DNA of 64,000 nucleotides from Trypanosoma brucei (Eukaryota): NCBI GenBank assembly GCA_000002445.1, contig CM000207.1, positions 32,001 to 96,000 of the forward strand, read 5' to 3'. Shown piece by piece: positions 60,456 to 64,000 of this stretch (position 1 is its first letter; each line of letters starts with the position of its first letter). The notes under the pieces were generated by a model. It saw only the letters and a program-made list of their open reading frames with translations, ran no database searches and was not told where the DNA came from. The position numbers and the translations under genes were made by a program.

Positions 60456-62045
60456 GATGTCACGTCAAACCCAGTGCACACTGGCAGCGGCGGCGCATAG
60501 CAGGTTTTGCTTCGTTCTCGCGCTACTTTTGACATCGATCCACACGGGACACACGTCAGTAGAACAGTCTTCAGAGAAAGTAAACAGTCTCTGCACTGAG
60601 AGCAAATATACACGGCACCTCGCAAAGCACATAGAAACGGATGGGGCGATACCAGAGGCTTCCTTGAATAAACTGAGAAGCTACGCCGCCGGCTGGATTG
60701 TGCTAGCAGCAGCAGAAACAGACACAAAAAGGGCCGCGGCGACTTATGCCCTAGCAATAAAAGCGACTGAAGACGCAAAAAATGCGGAACAAGCGGCACA
60801 AGCAAAACAGCAAGCAGCACGGCAAGCAACGACGGTACTGTTAGCCCGCTCAAGCATAGCCTCAGCTTTGCTAGCGACAACAGTAGGGGCGAAAACGGGA
60901 AGCACAACTCAGGGAGCCGGAAGCGGGAACAACAGCCCAGAAAAGAGCTGCACACTATCTTTCAAACCGACCACAGCCTACCCGGAAACATGCAAAGATG
61001 ACCTAAGCGCCGGAGACGGCCCCGAAAAAGTCCCCATACAACTCAGCGGCAAGACACAAATAAAACTGCTTAGCACGCAACACCTCGCGGCGCGAAAGAT
61101 AACAGTAACTGCCCAAACGAAAGGCACACAAAACAGCATCAACGCACAGACCGGCCATGAATGCAGGAACAACGGCGGCGCAACCAGCGACTTCATAAGA
61201 ATGGAAACAGCAGCAACAGCCGACGAAACGCCCGTAACACCGGCAGACGTCAGTATAGAGAAGCTAAACAACGCCCCCAGCGGCTGTGGTACGCTAAAGG
61301 ACCGCAACAAGAAAACTGCGTTCGACAATGAGCTGCTAGCACAAGCAATCTGTGAATACATATAGACGCCAAAAGCTCAACCAGCGGACCCAGAACGATA
61401 TACGCCACAATCACTTAGCAGCGACAACGAAATAAAAAACCAATACACGGCGTACTTGACCACAGCAGGCGTCAAAGTTACCGATAAGAAAACAGTAGAA
61501 TCGGAACTTAAAAGCTTATATGGACCTGAGCCAGGCAACTTCAACGACAAATTCGTAAAAAAACTGGAAAATATGGAAGTAACCTACACACTAGGTGAAG
61601 AGCTAAAAAAAGAATCAATTATGAAGCTGAGCCAAGCTGGGCACACGATCAGGTCGCTTCTGCATATAGGGGCCAGAGCCGCAAAGCGGACTGCGGAAAA
61701 AGCGGCGGCGGCGAGCAAGCAAGCCACTGAAACAGACGCAACGTGCGAAGCCAAAGGACCAGGAAATAACTGCAAAGATGGTTGCAAAGTTGTTGGGGAA
61801 GGTGGCAAAAAGAAGTGCAAATTGGATACAGAGGAGGCAAAAAAAGTAGAAAACCAAGCAGGAGGGAAAGGCGGAAAAACTGACTACTCTAGCCATGCTA
61901 CCCTGCAAGCCTCCGAGTCAGTAAAAAAACCAGGCCAAGCAGCTACTTGTGGATAGAGAAGTGGAAAAGAGGGCGAGAATTATAACAAGAAAACAGAAAA
62001 GTGCAGAAATAGTAGGTTTCTCACAAATAAAAAATTTCTCTGAGT
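60456..62045 (+). pseudogene. VSG pseudogene (signal peptide MSRQTQCTLAAAAHSRFCFVLALLLTSIHTGHT) with a frameshift between the N-domain and the C-domain
   Basis: ORFs 60406..61365 and 61456..61956. C-domain ATCEAKGPGNNCKDGCKVVGEGGKKKC. GPI-like tail (NSRFLTNKKFL...) in another frame. 16-mer-like AATATAATTTAACAC at 62136. Confidence 0.75.
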
Positions 62046-62329
62046 ATAGCTGCTGCTTTTGTGAGATTGGTGGAATTCTAGCTTTTTAATTATTCTTGCT
62101 CAGATTAATAAAATTTATGAAATATCATACAATTTAATATAATTTAACACGTTTTGATGAAAATGAGAAACATAGTAAAAATATTAAAAATAGTTAAAAA
62201 CAGAAAATTTAATACAATGTGTATAAAAGCAGCCCATGAGTGTCAAGTAGTATGGTCATAGCGTGAAACGTCAGTGATACTCTGATTTTATAACTTTGTT
62301 TATATTGTTTATTTCATAGATATTATCTA

Positions 62330-62395
62330 GGTGTACGATAATAATAATAATATGAAAGTGTGTGATTGTGTATATACTAATATTTTCATAAGTGC
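62330..62395. repeat. 70-bp repeat, 1 unit
   Basis: CGATAATAATAATAATATGAAAGTGTGTGATTGTGTATATACTAATATTTTCATAAG. Confidence 0.8.
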
Positions 62396-62600
62396 AGTAG
62401 ATAACACTCAATGTATAGGCTGTCATAAACACCAAACCCTCCCCCACAAACTGTAGCCAGTGTAAAATTTCCGTAGCCAGCGAGCGAAGCCAACCACACA
62501 CCAAAGCGGTGCGAAAAGCCATCATACTCCTGTTTTATAACAATAAATGCCAAACAGTGCCCTTCGATTCCTTCTGGTAAGCGGTAAAAAAAGGATAAAG

Positions 62601-64000
62601 ATGCGCACAGTTTTACCAACATTTGTTCTGGTTGCAACATGCCTGCAGACAGTGGTCAAACTGGCTGAAATGAGTGGCGCCAAATCCTCAGCAGCAGTGA
62701 AGACGCCGTGCGATGAGATCTATTTTAACCAAGCACTTGCAGGCAAACTGAAAGGTCAAATTTCACTACAACAACTAGCGATTGCTAACATCAGAACTGA
62801 GGCTCGGCAGCTCTGGCTAGGGGCGCTAGCACAAAAAAAACCCACAGAAAAAAGCAGCATACTATGTCTTAGCGGCAGCAGCAGAGCGCGAGGCACTAAA
62901 CGCAGAGGAAACAGATACGGCAACGGTGAGAGTTTACGAGGAAGCTATCGCCACTTTAGAAAAGCGGGTGGGACAGCTGCAGATGTTCCAGCGGCTACTA
63001 CCAACTAAGCCCGCGCAGCTATCAGGGTCGACTGCAGGCGGAAACGCCGACAAAACCTTCGGAGTCAGCACTGACCTTTGTACCGTCAAAGCAGACTTTG
63101 TTGCACCAGCAGGGACCGCATGCCAGCCAACGGACAAAGACGGAGGAGATGCCTCAAAAGCAGGCGAGGAACTAGACACGCTGACCGAGCTAAACGGATT
63201 GGACGGCAGCAAATTGTCATTAACCCAGCTAACGGTGCAGATCGTGTCCAAAGGAGACTATGATGGCTCAGCCCACAACCAAGGCGACGGTAAAAGCTTT
63301 TGTGGCCAGACAGCAACGATAGCCTCAGTCACAACAGGTGTCGGCATCAAACACCTACCAGCAGCAGCAGTCACCCAGGGCGAAGCTCAAAAGATTAAAA
63401 CGGGTTCTGACTGCGGCAACAAACCAGAAACCCTCAAAGATGGTACAGTATCCAGGGCAGAGCTTGCCTATACAATCTGCCAGTGCCAAAACAAAAAGCT
63501 GACAATACCGCAGCTGATAAGCAGCACAAACACAAAAACCTTAATATCAAAGCCGTATATTCAAAAGCTGGCACTACTAGAAACTGGTAAAGCAGACAAG
63601 GTAAAGGCGGGTTCAGACCCGGCACGGACCGCTGCTGCTGAACTATTCGGCGGCGAAGAAGCAGACCTCAAGAAAGAGTTTTTCGACCCACTCCAAGAAG
63701 ATAGTCTGATAATTAGGGTGCCGGATAACAGCAAAGCTATCAGCATCAAAACAGCATCTGGAAATCAAAACTTCGCAGACGCCTTAGCGTTTTTAACAGG
63801 TGAAGCAGCAAAAGCCAGTGTGCAAACGACACCGGCAGCTGCAGTGGACAAACCACACACACAGGTCTGCGCAACAAAGGGGGAAAATGACTGCAACACC
63901 AATCCTGGCTGCAAATATAATGAAAAAGATAGGAAATGCGAAGAAGACCCTGCAAAAACTACAACAGCAGCAACGAACACAAACACCACAGGAAGCAATT
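62601..64000 (+). pseudogene. VSG (signal peptide MRTVLPTFVLVATCLQTVVKLAEMSG) with frameshifts. It is truncated by the window end inside the C-terminal domain
   Basis: ORF 62547..63008 and continuing frames. The final residues DCNTNPGCKYNEKDRKCEEDPAKTTTAATNTNTTGSN match the C-domain type of the VSG at 25800-25980. Confidence 0.7.

Noticed and set aside
60..62395. Regularly spaced short repeats interspersed with unique about-3 kb segments, superficially CRISPR-like
   Set aside because: The repeat units are imperfect 70-80 bp AT-rich elements spaced kilobases apart, with protein-coding VSGs between them. This is the trypanosome 70-bp repeat system. It is not a CRISPR array, and the locus is eukaryotic.
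1..64000. Telomeric (TTAGGG)n, the 177-bp minichromosome repeat, rRNA/tRNA, and bacterial-style operons/RBS
   Set aside because: None were seen on reading the sequence. The gene organisation fits kinetoplastid polycistronic arrays, not prokaryotic operons.

Overview
This window is not prokaryotic. It has all the signatures of a subtelomeric silent VSG array from an African trypanosome of the Trypanosoma brucei group. At least 18 variant surface glycoprotein (VSG) genes, pseudogenes or fragments lie head-to-tail on the + strand. Each has an N-terminal signal peptide, an Ala/Thr/Lys-rich N-domain, a Cys-rich C-terminal domain with CKW.G..K/CKYN-type motifs, and a hydrophobic GPI-anchor signal of the SFLVNKKLALSMAAAF or SNSFVIHK type. 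Most are preceded by imperfect AT-rich '70-bp repeats' (a (TAA)n tract followed by GGAGAGTGTTGTGAGTGTGTATATACGAATATTATAATAAG) and followed about 100-150 bp after the stop by the VSG 3'UTR 16-mer (TGATATATTTTAACAC or close variants). Sixteen or seventeen of the 18 VSGs are pseudogenes by frameshift, in-frame stop, or an out-of-frame or lost GPI signal. Only one, at 20253-21779, reads as a complete gene. Two roughly 5.2-kb ingi non-LTR retroposons lie on the - strand at about 13819-19062 and 44542-49787. Each carries endonuclease, reverse-transcriptase (FADD), RNase H-like and C2H2 zinc-finger ORF fragments. Two ESAG3-like pseudogenes are also present. No tRNA, rRNA, CRISPR or telomere repeats were recognised. 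Most six-frame ORFs on the - strand, and many short + strand ORFs, are artefacts of the A-rich VSG coding strand or of (TAA)n tracts. I see no evidence of a novel defence or biosynthetic system. The system here is the modular antigenic-variation archive: 70-bp repeat, conserved flank modules, VSG, 3'UTR 16-mer. The more interesting details are a single apparently intact VSG and a near-intact one lying just past the 5' ends of the two ingi elements, two conserved sequence modules between the 70-bp repeats and the VSGs, and identical ORF disruption points shared by the two ingi copies.
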